A stretch of DNA of 45,411 nucleotides, taken from the NCBI RefSeq assembly GCF_006345805.1, contig NW_021834843.1:1-45411 (forward strand). The letters run 5' to 3'. Made by a program: the position numbers and the translations under genes. Shown piece by piece: positions 12,563 through 23,884 of the stretch. The number at the start of each line of letters is the position of its first letter. The first letter of the stretch is position 1. This DNA comes from Octopus sinensis (lineage: Eukaryota). The notes beneath the pieces were generated by a model. It was not told the DNA's origin. It ran no database searches and saw only the letters and a list, made by a program, of their open reading frames with translations.

Positions 12563-14186
12563 CAGGGGTTGGACAAAATAATGGAAACACCTAGCATCAT
12601 AGCATCATAATTTTGGAATATCTATAAAATCATCAAAACCTTGCTTATTTTTATGTTTTTTTATTTATCATTAGTGTTGCTTAATATGTGTTGCTAAAAT
12701 TGCTGTTTCTTTTAAGATAACATCAGAAAAAGGTAATTAAAATTCATTAAAATGACAGATCTATCAGACTATCAAAGAGGTCAAATTGTTGGTGCTTGTA
12801 TGGCAGGCACTAGCATAACAAAAACAGCCGAAATGTTTGCTGTGTCAAGTAGTACTGTCTCGAAAGTAATGACAGCCTTTGAGAAAGGGGAAAAAAACCT
12901 CCTTGTCGAAAAAAAACTCTGGAAGAAAACCAAAAATTTCAGATAGGGACCGTTGGAATCTTAAGCGAATTGTTAGAAAGGATAACAAAAGTTCAACCCC
13001 CAAAGTTACTGCAGAGCTTAATGACCACCTCGAGAACACAGTTTCCACAAAAAATGTTCACCGGGAGCTGCGCAAAACCGGATTTCACGGTAGGACAGCA
13101 ATCAGCAAACCACTACTTTCAAAAACAAACGTTGCGAATCGTTTAGAGTGAAGTAAAAACCTACAGAATTGGTCCCTAGAGCAGTGGAAGAATGTTATTT
13201 TCTCGGACATGTCATCCTTTACCTTATTTCCAACCACCGGCTGAATATATATGTGGAGACGGCCAAAAGAAGCATTTGACCCAGACAGCCTTCTTCTAGC
13301 TGTTAAACATGGATGAGGATCTGTGATGATCTGGGGGCTACATGTTGGAAATCCACCGGCCCAATGGTTTCCCATCATGGTTGAATTAATAGTCAAGACT
13401 ATTTAAGCATCTTATCTGATCAAATTCATCCTATGGTTGCGGAACTGTTTCCGGAGGGAAACGCAATCTTTCAGGATGATAATGCACCAATTCACACAGC
13501 TAAAGTTGTTACTGAATGGCACGAGGAACATTCTAGTGACGTTAAACATCTTATCTGGCCACCACAGTCACTAGATCTCAATATTATTGAACATTTATGG
13601 TGCATTTTAGAAAAACAAGTAAGGAGTCGATATCCTCCACCATCATCACTACAAGGGAGGCGCAATGGCCCAGTGGTTAGAGCAGCAGACTCGCGGTTGG
13701 AGGATCGCGCTTTCGATTCCCAGACTGAGCGTTGTGTGTGTTTAGTGAGCGAAAACACCTAAAGCTCCACAAGGCTCCGGTAGGGGGTGGGTGGCGACCC
13801 CTGTTGTACTCTTTCGCCCCAACTTTCTCTCACTCTTTCTTCCTGTTTCTTGAGTAATGCTGCGATGGACTGGCGTCCCGTCCAGCTGGAGGGAACACAT
13901 ACGCCATAGAAACCGGGAAAACCGGGCCCATGAGCCTGGCTAGGCTTGAAAAGGGCTCTTAAATAAATAAATAGAAAAATAAATAAATCATCACTACAAG
14001 AACTAGAGACTGTTTTAGCTGAAGAATGGACAAAAATTCCTTTGGATACAATTCAAGCTTTGTACGAGTCCATACCTCATAGAATTGAAGCTGTAAATAC
14101 TGCCAAAGGTGGTCCTACCTCATATTAAAATAAATTTGTTTGAAATTTTAAGGTGTTTCCATTATTTTGTCCATGTCCATTCCCAG
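12563..14186 (+). mobile_element. Tc1-family DNA transposon, full length, transposase disrupted
   Basis: TA|CAGGGGTTGGACAAAATAATGGAAACACCT left TIR and AGGTGTTTCCATTATTTTGTCCA right TIR (14151-14173). Transposase from ATG 12752 (MTDLSDYQRGQIVG, FQDDNAPIH, WPPQSLDLNIIEHLW) has a frameshift, stops and a SINE insertion. Confidence 0.9.
13656..13986 (+). mobile_element. tRNA-derived SINE (family F) nested in the Tc1 transposase
   Basis: Exact 14 bp TSD ATCATCACTACAAG (13642-13655, 13987-14000), A-box TGGCCCAGTGG, B-box-like TTCGATTCC, (AAAT)n tail. Confidence 0.9.
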
Positions 14187-14280
14187 TATTCATTACATAC
14201 ACACACACACACATCGTTAGTATATCATGCATCTGAAAAAGAAGTATACTGTGTAGTAGTATTTTTATATGCAGTCCAGT

Positions 14281-14377
14281 CTATATCCGGTCATAGAATG
14301 ACCAATAGTTTCGCATCCATAAAGTTAAGCGCTTTATGGATGTGAAACCATTGGTCAGTCTATGACCGGACGTATAG
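14281..14377. repeat. 97 bp imperfect palindrome (44 bp stem, 7 nt loop)
   Basis: CTATATCCGGTCATAGAATGACCAATAGTTTCGCATCCATAAAG-ttaagcg-CTTTATGGATGTGAAACCATTGGTCAGTCTATGACCGGACGTATAG. Confidence 0.85.
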
Positions 14378-14423
14378 CAATAATAAATCTCTGAACGAGA
14401 TGTAAACAGTAACTGCACGACAA

Positions 14424-14776
14424 TGTGAGGTATACTTGCCATCTCAATATGGCTAACCACTAAGGGTGGGTGTTACTGTAGCTTTTAGCCCCAGGAGAAC
14501 ATCGTCTGCAGCTGGCTTTAGGCACACTTTCTGTGCCCTTATGGTATTTGAAAAGGGAGGTCATCCCTCTGTCGTGAACCTAAGTGATGAGCACTGGACC
14601 GCAGTTTCTAGGTATTGACCTGTCGTCGGCGTACGACAATCACCCTTTGCAAATACCATAAGGGCACAGAAAGTGTGCCTAAAGCCAGCTGGAGATGATG
14701 TTCTCCTGGGGCTAAAAGCTACAGTAACACCCACCCTTAGTGGTTAGCCATATTCAGATGGCTAGTATACCTCACA
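14424..14776. mobile_element. MITE/foldback with 134 bp near-perfect inverted arms and 85 bp spacer
   Basis: Arms 14424-14557 and 14643-14776, termini TGTGAGG...CCTCACA; no clear TSD. Confidence 0.8.
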
Positions 14777-14989
14777 ATATATAAATATATATATTATTAA
14801 TATTATTGATGCAGCACGGATTTTTTGTCAGTGAACAGGTCGCGGTCTTATAGCGACGAAAATATTTTGACAAATTAAACTTAAATGTTGAAGTGAATCG
14901 AACGGCTTTTGTGTGTTTCTTAAATGGCTTACAAACACGTTCCACGCTGCAATTATTATTGATATCATCATTACCATTATTATTATTAT

Positions 14990-15347
14990 TATCTTAACTT
15001 TAGCGAAGGACGAGGTATTGCTTTTCAGTCGTGTGTGTTTGCTTGTCCGTGGACAAGATATCTCAAGAACCGCTGGATGGATTCAGATGAAACATTCGGG
15101 AATGTTTAGCCTCGTGACTGGCATGGACTGATTAGATTTAGGAATTGATCCGGTACCGGACAAGGATTCTGGATTATTTTTTCCGTTCTTTTTTTACTTA
15201 ATTTTTGAGAGTGGTCGGGTTCATTTTTAGTATTCTCGTTTGCGAGAGCAGTCAAGATTATTTCAGATATTCTATTTTTAAAAATCCTCTGTGGCTAATC
15301 GTTGAAAGTACGTCGATGTTGCAATAGCAGAGGTTTGCGCTGAGTGC
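14990..15347 (+). mobile_element. Helentron-associated (HINE/DINE-like) non-autonomous element
   Basis: Body shared with 18025-18215 and 18971-19320; 3' GCAGAGGTTTGCGC-TGAGTGC end. Confidence 0.55.
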
Positions 15348-15384
<37 letters not shown>

Positions 15385-15387
<3 letters not shown>

Positions 15388-15502
15388 TAGTTTTATTTTT
15401 ATAGCGTGCTTTCACTTCACTACCGAGCGCAGCTCTGTGTGCCTTGGGTATGTGCTGTGATTTGTTGTGATGCTCTGATGGTTATTGTATGGAAAGTGTT
15501 CT
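15385..15502 (-). mobile_element. R4/Dong-like LINE subfamily 2, 3' end, in (TAA)n
   Basis: Near-identical to part of 30267-30463, which encodes NIQKIALLGTAHILRRTLSIQ*. Confidence 0.7.
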
Positions 15503-15525
15503 TCTTCTTCTTATTATTATTATTA

Positions 15526-15575
<50 letters not shown>

Positions 15576-15736
15576 TGTTATGGACTTTTTACATGACTTT
15601 TTAAAAGTAACCCCACTTTGTCCTTTATGTCTTGTAATGTCCAATCTTAATTTTGTCGGCCCTTATGGCTAATAAAGAAATAAATATTATTATTATTGAG
15701 TGAGAGAGCAGTGCATGCCATCAAAGTGACACTGGA

Positions 15737-15990
15737 GTGTGTCTGCAAGAGCCCGCTGCCTGCAGGCACCCTTCGCACAAACCTTGTTTCCAAGTGCTGG
15801 AAACAGTACACTTGCCTCCAGCTTACAAATCACTCTTTCTTTCAAGTCCACATCTTTGAAGCAGTCACAGTCAATGTAGGAACAATGAAAGGCACATCTG
15901 GTAAGAGTGTTAAAATGCTAGAGCGGAGGCATGTACACGTGTTCTTTGTGCAAGAGGTAAGAGGGAAAGGAGCATCAGCCAGATTTCTTC
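15737..15990 (+). mobile_element. RTE-type LINE 5' fragment (degenerate APE endonuclease start)
   Basis: VTVNVGTMKGTSGKSVKMLERRHVHVFFVQEVRGKG resembles the RTE motif TLNVGTM...RRKVDICCVQETRWKG. Confidence 0.6.
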
Positions 15991-16013
15991 TCATCATCAT
16001 CATTATTATTATT

Positions 16014-17262
16014 CTGTGTTTGACTTTTGCTTTATATTTGTACAAGTTGGCTCCAAGTCTCACTCAGAGACCTCAAGAGACAACAGGTTGGAAGTTCATG
16101 TTGTTGTTATTCCTAGTGTGCCATATATTTGGTTTTGTATTTAGTGTTGTACTAGTGAATATCTAAAAAAGCCATGCGAAAATTATGTTTGTTTTAAAAT
16201 TTGAGATTACATAGGAAGTATTTTGCGTAGGATATAAGCAGTTCCCATGAGCATTATCTTTTGAATTTCTGCCATTTTTGGGTTTCCCGGTATCTGAGTT
16301 AGGTAGCAATCAGCCCCTTTTGCTATCATTCCTAGGGCACCTATGACAACAGGTATTGTTTTAGTCTTCAGGTTCCACATTTTGCTGATTACTATTTCAA
16401 GATCTTTATATTTGCTCAGTTTCTGGTAGGTCTTGACAGATACGTTTATATCTATTGGGACAGTCATATCAATGAGGAGGCATGTTCTTTGTCTGAAGTC
16501 TTTCAATATGATGTCTGGCCTATTTGAATGGTCAGTTTGAATGGTGAAGTTCTAGAGGAGTGAGATGTGGTCATTTTCAAGCACTGGAGGTGGTTTGTGT
16601 TCCCACCAGTTTTTTTCATGGGGCAAATCCAGGTTTTTGCAAATTACTCAGTGAAAATATTGTGCAGCTCTATCATGCCTCTTGAGATACTCTGTAGGCG
16701 CTATAAGACTGCACTTCGAGACAACATGATCAATGGTTTCATTTTGTTGCTGACATACGCGACATGTTGGGCTACTGCCGTTCTTTAATATGTTGGCCTG
16801 GTAGTTCCTTGTTGGTAGGCATTGATCTTGAGCTGCTATGATAAGCCCTTCTGTTTCAGATTTTAAGCCAGAGGCCATTAGCCATTGATGGGTCAGGGCT
16901 TTGTCAATATCTGCATTATTCGCTCTCATTGGGTATTTGCCATAGAGAGGTTTTTCTTGCCATTTATCATTCAGAATATCTAAGGCCGCAGTTTTGGCAT
17001 GGGTTTTCATGCGCCTAGCTTTTTCTGTGCTTGTTTCTTGTATGTCTATCTCTAATTCCGAAATTTGTTGTATTCGGAATTCACTTAAATATTCCTTTGC
17101 CTGTTTTGTTACTGAGTATGATGCTTTCTTGTTTTCATGTTTTGAGACAAGTTTTAGCATCCAGTCATCAGAGTTGTTCAGGTAGGTGTCTAGGCCAATT
17201 GTAGCAATCTTCATTATTATTGCCAGTTGTAAAAGTCCACGGCCTCCCTCTTTTCTTGACAG
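16014..17262 (-). mobile_element. R4/Dong-clade (restriction-like endonuclease) non-LTR retrotransposon, 5'-truncated, subfamily 1
   Basis: RKEGGRGL, CCHC knuckle CRVCQQQNETIDHVVSKC, RPDII..IDMTVP..QKLSKY endonuclease motifs, stop at 16207, 3' UTR, TAA repeats at both ends. Confidence 0.9.
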
Positions 17263-17274
17263 ATATTATTATTA

Positions 17275-17895
17275 AGAGAAGGTAAACTGCAACATCAGTC
17301 ATGGTTATATAAAAGGCAAACTTCTGGGTGAATGCAGGTTGACCATCTGGGATGAGGCGACAATGGACCATAAGGTTTCCTTTGAAGCTCTTGACATGGC
17401 CTTTCAGGATCTGAGACACGACACAAGGCTCATGGGAGGTGCCACAGTTTTGTTCGCAGGACACTTTAGACAAGCCCTTCCGGTGGTTCTAAAGGGGACA
17501 AGTGCTGATGAGGTAAATGTCATTAAAAAGTCGTCCTACCTATGGAGCAGTGTGCAAAAGCTGAGACTCACAACCAACATGAGACTGTAACTCAGTGGTG
17601 ATGATACAGACAGAACCTTTTCAAAGCAATTGTTGGACGTTGGTAATGGCACTTCGGTTGACGAGAAGGATGGCCAGGTAAGCTCGCTTTTTGGACACAT
17701 GGTATCTGATTTAAAAGAAATAATGAATAAGGCGTTTCCTAACCTGAGGAATCAGTTTACAGACCACGGTTGGCTGAAAACCCGTGCCATTTTAGCTCTA
17801 AAGAATGTGGTGTTTGATGATTTGAATATCAAACTTCTGGAACAGTTGCCAGGTGAACGTCACATCAACAATTTCATTCACACTGTGTTTAACAT
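17275..17895 (+). mobile_element. Helitron PIF1-like helicase fragment (pseudogenised)
   Basis: TIWDEATMDHKVSFEALD, GGATVLFAGHFRQALPVV, LRLTTNMRL, QLLDVGNG, RAILALKN motifs, with a stop codon. Confidence 0.85.
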
Positions 17896-18440
17896 AGAAA
17901 GAAACAGAAATTTTGGTTAAGCGCCAAGACGAATACTATCGCAAAATTTTATTTGACTGGTGCATGTGTATACATGTCAGAACTTTAGAATTCCACTATT
18001 TTTATTGATATCATCATTACTAGTGGTATTAGCGAAGGCGGAGGTGTTGTTTCCAGTCGTGTTTGTTTGTGTGTTTGTCCGTGGACGAGATATCTCAAGG
18101 ACTGCAGGATGGATTCAGATGGAATTTTTAGGGATGTTTGGCCTCGTGACTGGCACGAACTGATTAGATTTTGGGATAGATCCGGTATCAGACAAGGGTT
18201 CTAGATTATTTGTTATATTTACTTTACATGATTACGATCTTAAGTTCACTTTCAAGTCTTTCTCAATTATCTCCCTTTAATCTGTTTCCAAAATTCTATT
18301 TTTGTTTCTCTATTCTTAATTTTACTCGCGTCTTTATCTTAGTAGAAACTGATGGATAAAGAAATCAAACTACATAAACAAACGGCAGCAAAACCGTTTA
18401 GAAATTAAATAACTAGCATACATTTATAATATATATATTA

Positions 18441-18825
18441 TGTGGTAAGTAGCTTGCTAACCAACCACATGGTTCCGGGTTCAGTCCCACTGCGTGGCAT
18501 CTTGGGCAAGTGTCTTCTGCTATAGCCTTGGGCCGACCAATGCCTTGTGAGTGGATTTGGTAGACGGAAACTGAAAGAAGCCTGTCATATATATATATAT
18601 GTATGTGTGTTTGTTTGTGTGTCTGTGTTTGTCCCCCTAGCATTGCTTGACAACCGATGCTGGTGTGTTTATGTCCCCGTTACTTAGCGGTTCGGTAAAA
18701 AAGAGACCGATAGAATAAGTACTGGGTTTACAAAAGAATAAGTCCCGGGGTCGAGTTGCTCGATTAAAGGCGGTGCTCCAGCATGGCCACAGTCAAATGA
18801 CTGAAACAAGTAAAAGAGTAAAGAG
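18441..18825 (+). mobile_element. SINE family A
   Basis: Family match. Confidence 0.85.
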
Positions 18826-18970
18826 TATATTATACATACATATATATATACATACATCTATACATCGATCTAAAACAACAGGAATACTAAAGAAAGGCCG
18901 GAATTCAAGAGAAAAGAAAACCAAAAGGTCTCATAATATTCATTTAAAAATTCCTGAGTAGCACTTACTA

Positions 18971-19320
18971 TTATTACCTCCGCCTTTGAAACTATTTTGA
19001 ATGGTGCATTTGTTTACTTTGGTTTGTATTAGATAAGGATAAACTATTTATTACTGTTACAAAACTTTCTACGGCCACCTTCACATTCCATAACTACCAT
19101 TGGGATCGATAAGATACCGGACAAAGATTCTGGATTATTTTTTTGGGGTTCTTTTTTTTACTTAATTTTTGAGAGCAGTTGGGTTCATTTTTAGTATTCT
19201 CGTTTGTGAGAGCAGTCGAGTTTATTTAAGATATTTTCATTTTAAAAATCATCTCTGGTTCATCGTTAAGAGGACGTTGGTGTTGCCTTGGCAGAGGTTT
19301 GCACTCTCTGAGTGCACTTG
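18971..19320 (+). mobile_element. Helentron-associated (HINE-like) element with both ends
   Basis: Subterminal inverted repeats TACCTCCGCC and GGCAGAGGT plus 3' hairpin GCACTC-TCT-GAGTGC. Confidence 0.65.
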
Positions 19321-19369
<49 letters not shown>

Positions 19370-19374
19370 TACTA

Positions 19375-19471
<97 letters not shown>

Positions 19472-19559
19472 CATTATTATTATTATTATTAGTAGTAGTA
19501 GTTGTAGTTGTTGTTGTTGTTATTATTGTTATTGTTATTATTATGGTTATTATTATTAT

Positions 19560-19712
19560 TATTCTATATTTGAATTTGCTTTGCATTTGTACAAGCTGGC
19601 TCCAAGTCTCACCCAGAGACCTCAAGAGACAAGTTGGAAGTTCATGTTGGTGTTATACCTAGGGTGCCATATATTTGGTTTTGTACTTAGTGTTGTTCTA
19701 GAGAATGTTTAA
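19560..19712 (-). mobile_element. R4/Dong subfamily 1 3' UTR remnant next to a long (TAT)n
   Basis: Similar to 16014-16165 and 30490-30640. Confidence 0.7.
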
Positions 19713-20276
19713 GAAACCATGGTGACGTTATAGCTCCATTCATCATCTCACATGGCCTCAGACTCAGCATAGAGGCCTACATCAAGTGCCTGGATGAGGT
19801 AGTGCTGCTCTGGGTCAAGGAGATGGCTGCTGGAAGACCCTGTCTGGCAACAAGATTCTGCACCATGCTACACAAGCAGAAGAGCTCATTCCCGGCTGTC
19901 AATTTCTGCAATCACACCCCCTCTTATATCTGGCCACCTAACTCTCCAGACTGCAACCCCCATGGTTATTACGTGTGGGGGGCAGTCGAGTGAGGGACCA
20001 ACAAAACTTCTTGTAACACAAAAGATTAACTGAAGGCAAAAATTATGGCAACATTCACCAACTTAAATAAGGAAACCGTCCAGAAGAGTTGCCAGAGATT
20101 CCAGAGTAGCCTGGAAGCCACAGTTGAAGCCAATGGCGATTTTATTGAATAAATTTACTCTTTAGTATTTCAAGATATTTTAAAGTAATTTTGGTAAATA
20201 TATCTTTTGAAAATGAGATGTTAGTGTTATTTTCATCTTTGCGGAATTCAGATGACAATTTATTCACTGCACCCTG
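19713..20276 (+). mobile_element. Tc1/mariner superfamily 3' half, maT/DD37D-like, degenerate
   Basis: WQQDSAPCY and IWPPNSPDCNPHGYYVWGAVE resemble the SPDLNPLDY..W type; ends CACCCTG|TA. Confidence 0.65.
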
Positions 20277-20317
20277 TATATATATACGTATATATATATA
20301 TATACGTATATACCACA

Positions 20318-20725
20318 GGCGCAGGAGTGGCTGTGTGGTAAGTAGCTTGCTAACCAGCCACATGGTTCCGGGTTCAGTCCCACTGAGTGGCATCTTGGGC
20401 AAGTGTCTTCTGCTATAGCCCCGGGCCAACCAATGCCTTGTGAGTGGATTTGGTAGACAGAAACTGAAAGAAGCCTGTCGTATATATGTATATATATATA
20501 TATATGTGTGTATGTGTTTGTGTGTCTGTGTTTGTCCCCCTAGCATTGCTTGACAACCGATGCTGGTGTGTTTACGTCCCCGTCACTTAGCGGTTCGGCA
20601 AAAGAGACCGATAGAATAAGTACTGGGCTTACAAAGAATAAGTCCCAGGGTTGATTTGCTCGACTAAAGGCGGTGCTCCAGCATGGCGCAGTCAAATGGC
20701 TGAAACATGTAAAAGAGTAAAAGAG
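20318..20725 (+). mobile_element. SINE family A, full length
   Basis: Family match. Confidence 0.85.
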
Positions 20726-21294
20726 TATATGCATATATATACTGTATATTGGGGTATACAGTTGCTGGTCGTTAAAGGAATAAAATAAAACCGAAAGTAA
20801 ATTAATAATCACCAATAAAAACCAGTCATAAAATGAAATACCATGGAATATCTAGAGATAGATCGACAGATAGATAAATAGATAGAGAGGGGGGAGAAGA
20901 AGAGAGAGGGGAGATGAAGAGAGAGAAGGAGAGAGATATTTATAGATATATTTGTGTACATACATATCGAAGAACAGAATTGGTTAAATGCAAGAGGACA
21001 CTAAATGAACTGAACGCTCTTGTAATAATTGCGAAGACGGTCGTTACTAACGAGGAATTTGGCGCAGAGGAATTAACATTCTCCAAGATATTTCACCATA
21101 TAACTCCTGATATTGATTCTACAATTAAATTTCTTGTATTCCTTGTCAGATTAATTCACAATTCTTAATTTACCGCTGTTCCGTAATGAAGGAACAAGGT
21201 TTGTCAATCTCAAGAACGTGTGTATAGGAAAAGTTTGGCATTATTGGGCGCGCTTGCTTGTGTGTGTGTTTAAAAGTTCTCAGGAGTCTTGGTG

Positions 21295-21970
21295 TAAAAT
21301 GATGACGACGATGATGATGATGATGATGATAACGATGTCGATACTGGTGTCTACCACGGCCACCACTACCACCATTATCATCGTCGTCGTCATCAACGTC
21401 ATCGTTATCATCATCATCCTCATCATCACCCTGATTCTCCTCGTCATCATCATTGCTATCATCAGCATCACTCTCAACACCACTATTACCGCCGTCACCA
21501 CCATCATCACCATCATCATCATCACCACCACCACCACTATCACCATCATCATCATCATCGTCATCAACGTCATCATTATCATCATCGTTGTCATCAACGT
21601 CGTCATCATCATCATCACCCTGATTCTCCTCGTCATCATCATTGCTATCATCAGCATCACTCTCAACACCACTATTACCGCCGTTACCACCATCATCATC
21701 ATCAGCACCACCACCACCATCATCACCATCACCACCACTATCACCATCATCATCATCATCATCATCCTTATCATCACCACCACCGCCACCACAACCGTCA
21801 TCATCCTCATCATCATCATCATCATCATCACCACCACCACCACTATCACCATCATGATCATCATCATCATTATCATCAACAACATCACCACCACCGCCAC
21901 CACAACCGTCATCATCATCATCATCACTATCACCATCATCATTACCACCGTCAACGTCACCACCACCATA
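21295..21970. repeat. Degenerate (CAT/CAC)n region with a 189 bp internal duplication
   Basis: CTGATTCTCCTCGTC...CACTATTACCGCCG occurs at 21431 and 21620. Confidence 0.85.
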
Positions 21971-22239
21971 ATTTTCCTTCACATTTCTTTATAAATGACT
22001 TAAAATACAGAATAAATATTTATTTAACTGCTATTTCTAGCATATCAGGTAACCTTGCAAAAGAGTCCCTGTATTGTTGTTGTTGTTGTTTCTGTGATCA
22101 GCCTAAATGGAATTCGGCCTTAAATGTCAGCTGTTGCGTATAAAAGACAGGCTATAAAACATAATGGATGGCTCCAATACTTTCGTGCATTACCTTTTAC
22201 CATCTTCTTGATAAACTTGGTATACAACCCCCGCCATCG

Positions 22240-22590
22240 ACACCTGTAACAACAACAACGACAATAATTACAACAATACTGCCATCATCATCATCACCAC
22301 CACCACCACCAACGTCATCATCATCAACATTATCGCCCTCATCATCACCACCATCTTCTTCTTCTTCTTTCTTCTTCTTCTTCTTCTTCTTCTTCTTCTT
22401 CTTCTTCTTCTTCTTCTTCTTTCTTCTCCTTCTCCTTCTTCTTCTCCTTCTTCTTCTTCTTCTTGTCTTTGCACAACTTCTAACGGTGGAGATGTATTAT
22501 GGTGTCAGCGGTTCACTAGCAGTGAACATTATTATTATCATTATTATTATTATTATTATTATTATCATTATTATTATTATTATTATTATT

Positions 22591-22634
<44 letters not shown>

Positions 22635-22815
22635 TAGTAGTAGTAGTATTACTATTATTATTATTATTATTATTATCATCTCTTCGTCATCATCGTCGTC
22701 GTCATCATCATCATCATCTTCATCATCGTCTACATCGTTGCCATCATCAATGTCGTCATCATCTTCATCACTATCTTTATCATCTTCATCGTCGTCATCA
22801 TCATCATCATCATTA
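22240..22815. repeat. (CAA)/(CAT)/(CTT)/(ATT) compound trinucleotide tracts
   Basis: Directly visible. Confidence 0.9.
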
Positions 22816-22893
22816 TTGGTGTATGACAGCCCAATTTTCTTTGTTTTCTCTTATTTATTCATATTTTCCTCTCTGCCATGCATATCTATGAAC

Positions 22894-22984
22894 AGTACTA
22901 TAAGGTAGTACTTTAAGACACTACTACGGGACAGTACTCTATGGTCGTACAATAATACGGTACTTTTCGGAAGTACTATGGCTA
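22894..22984. repeat. Seven 13 bp units with a conserved AGTACT core
   Basis: GTAC at 22895, 22908, (CTAC 22921), 22934, 22947, 22960, 22973. Confidence 0.75.
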
Positions 22985-23191
22985 CTATTTTTTGTTTTTA
23001 GCTTGTTATTGTTTTGTTTTCTGTCTTTTAGTCTTTGTTCGACGGTATGACAGAGAAAACTGTAACTTAACCACCTCTGGCTATTCCTGGGCTGTTTCCA
23101 GAAGAGCCAGGAAGGAAAGACTAGTCAAAGTGTTTGTAACCTCCATGGAGCTGCAGGGGGTGCTAGATACTGGTTGAGTATAACCATACAG

Positions 23192-23372
23192 TGAAGGTGC
23201 ATGGCTCAGTGGTTAGTGCGTCGGGATCACAATCATGAGGTAGTGAATTCGATTGCCGGACCAGGCTGTGGGTTGTATTCTTGTGCAAGACACTTTATTT
23301 CATGTTGCCAGTTCACTCAGCTGTAGAAATGAGTTACGACATCACAGGTGCCAAGCTGTATTGGCCTTTGCC
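23192..23372 (+). mobile_element. tRNA-derived SINE family E, 5' part
   Basis: A-box TGGCTCAGTGG, B-box-like GAATTCGATTGCC; inverted relative to 23570-23751. Confidence 0.75.
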
Positions 23373-23400
23373 GGGAAGATTTTTAAAGACTTACTTAGGA

Positions 23401-23751
23401 CAAAGGGTAAAGAGTAAAAAACCCCTTCGGTCACGAATGATCATGGGATTGCACCTAGAAAGTTCCTCTCCAAGGCACAAGTCTGGGCAAGTTTGTCTAT
23501 GGAAGACCAGCAGTCACCCATGCATACCAGCCTCCCCTCTGCACACCACCGATGTTATCCAAGGGAAGAGCAAAGGGGTCGATACAGCTTGGCACCAGTG
23601 ACGTTGCAACTCATTTCTGCAGCTGAGTGAATTGGAGCAACGTGAAATAAAGTGTCTTGCTCAAAAACACAACACAGCCCAGTCCAGGAATCGAGCTCAC
23701 TACCTCATGATTGTAATCCCAACGCTCTAACTACTGAGCCATGCGCCTTCA
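23401..23751 (-). mobile_element. tRNA-derived SINE family E, longer copy
   Basis: Reverse complement of the 23192 head plus an additional 3' body. Confidence 0.7.
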
Positions 23752-23884
23752 TATACTCAGGACAATGGCAGTACCTTGTGGCTGTACAGAGTAATTCAAA
23801 ATGAAAGGTAGATAAAGAAAACATACCTGTGATTGCTGCAATGAATATATTGCAAAAATGTAGATGTTGGATGAAAGGTTTTTG

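Noticed and set aside
13656-13735. tRNA genes at SINE heads (also 7300-7372, 23192, 24940, 34195)
   Set aside because: A/B boxes are present, but there is no complete cloverleaf and each continues into a repeat body.
20914-21168. 84 aa ORF in unique sequence inside intron 1
   Set aside because: No clear acceptor/donor pair, and exons A and B already join in frame with continuous motif spacing.
21170-21994. 270 aa Asp/Gly-rich ORF (minus) and overlapping Ile/Thr-rich and Met/Val-rich ORFs
   Set aside because: CAT/CAC trinucleotide repeats are stop-free in several frames at once; the region is intronic with no supported exon boundaries.
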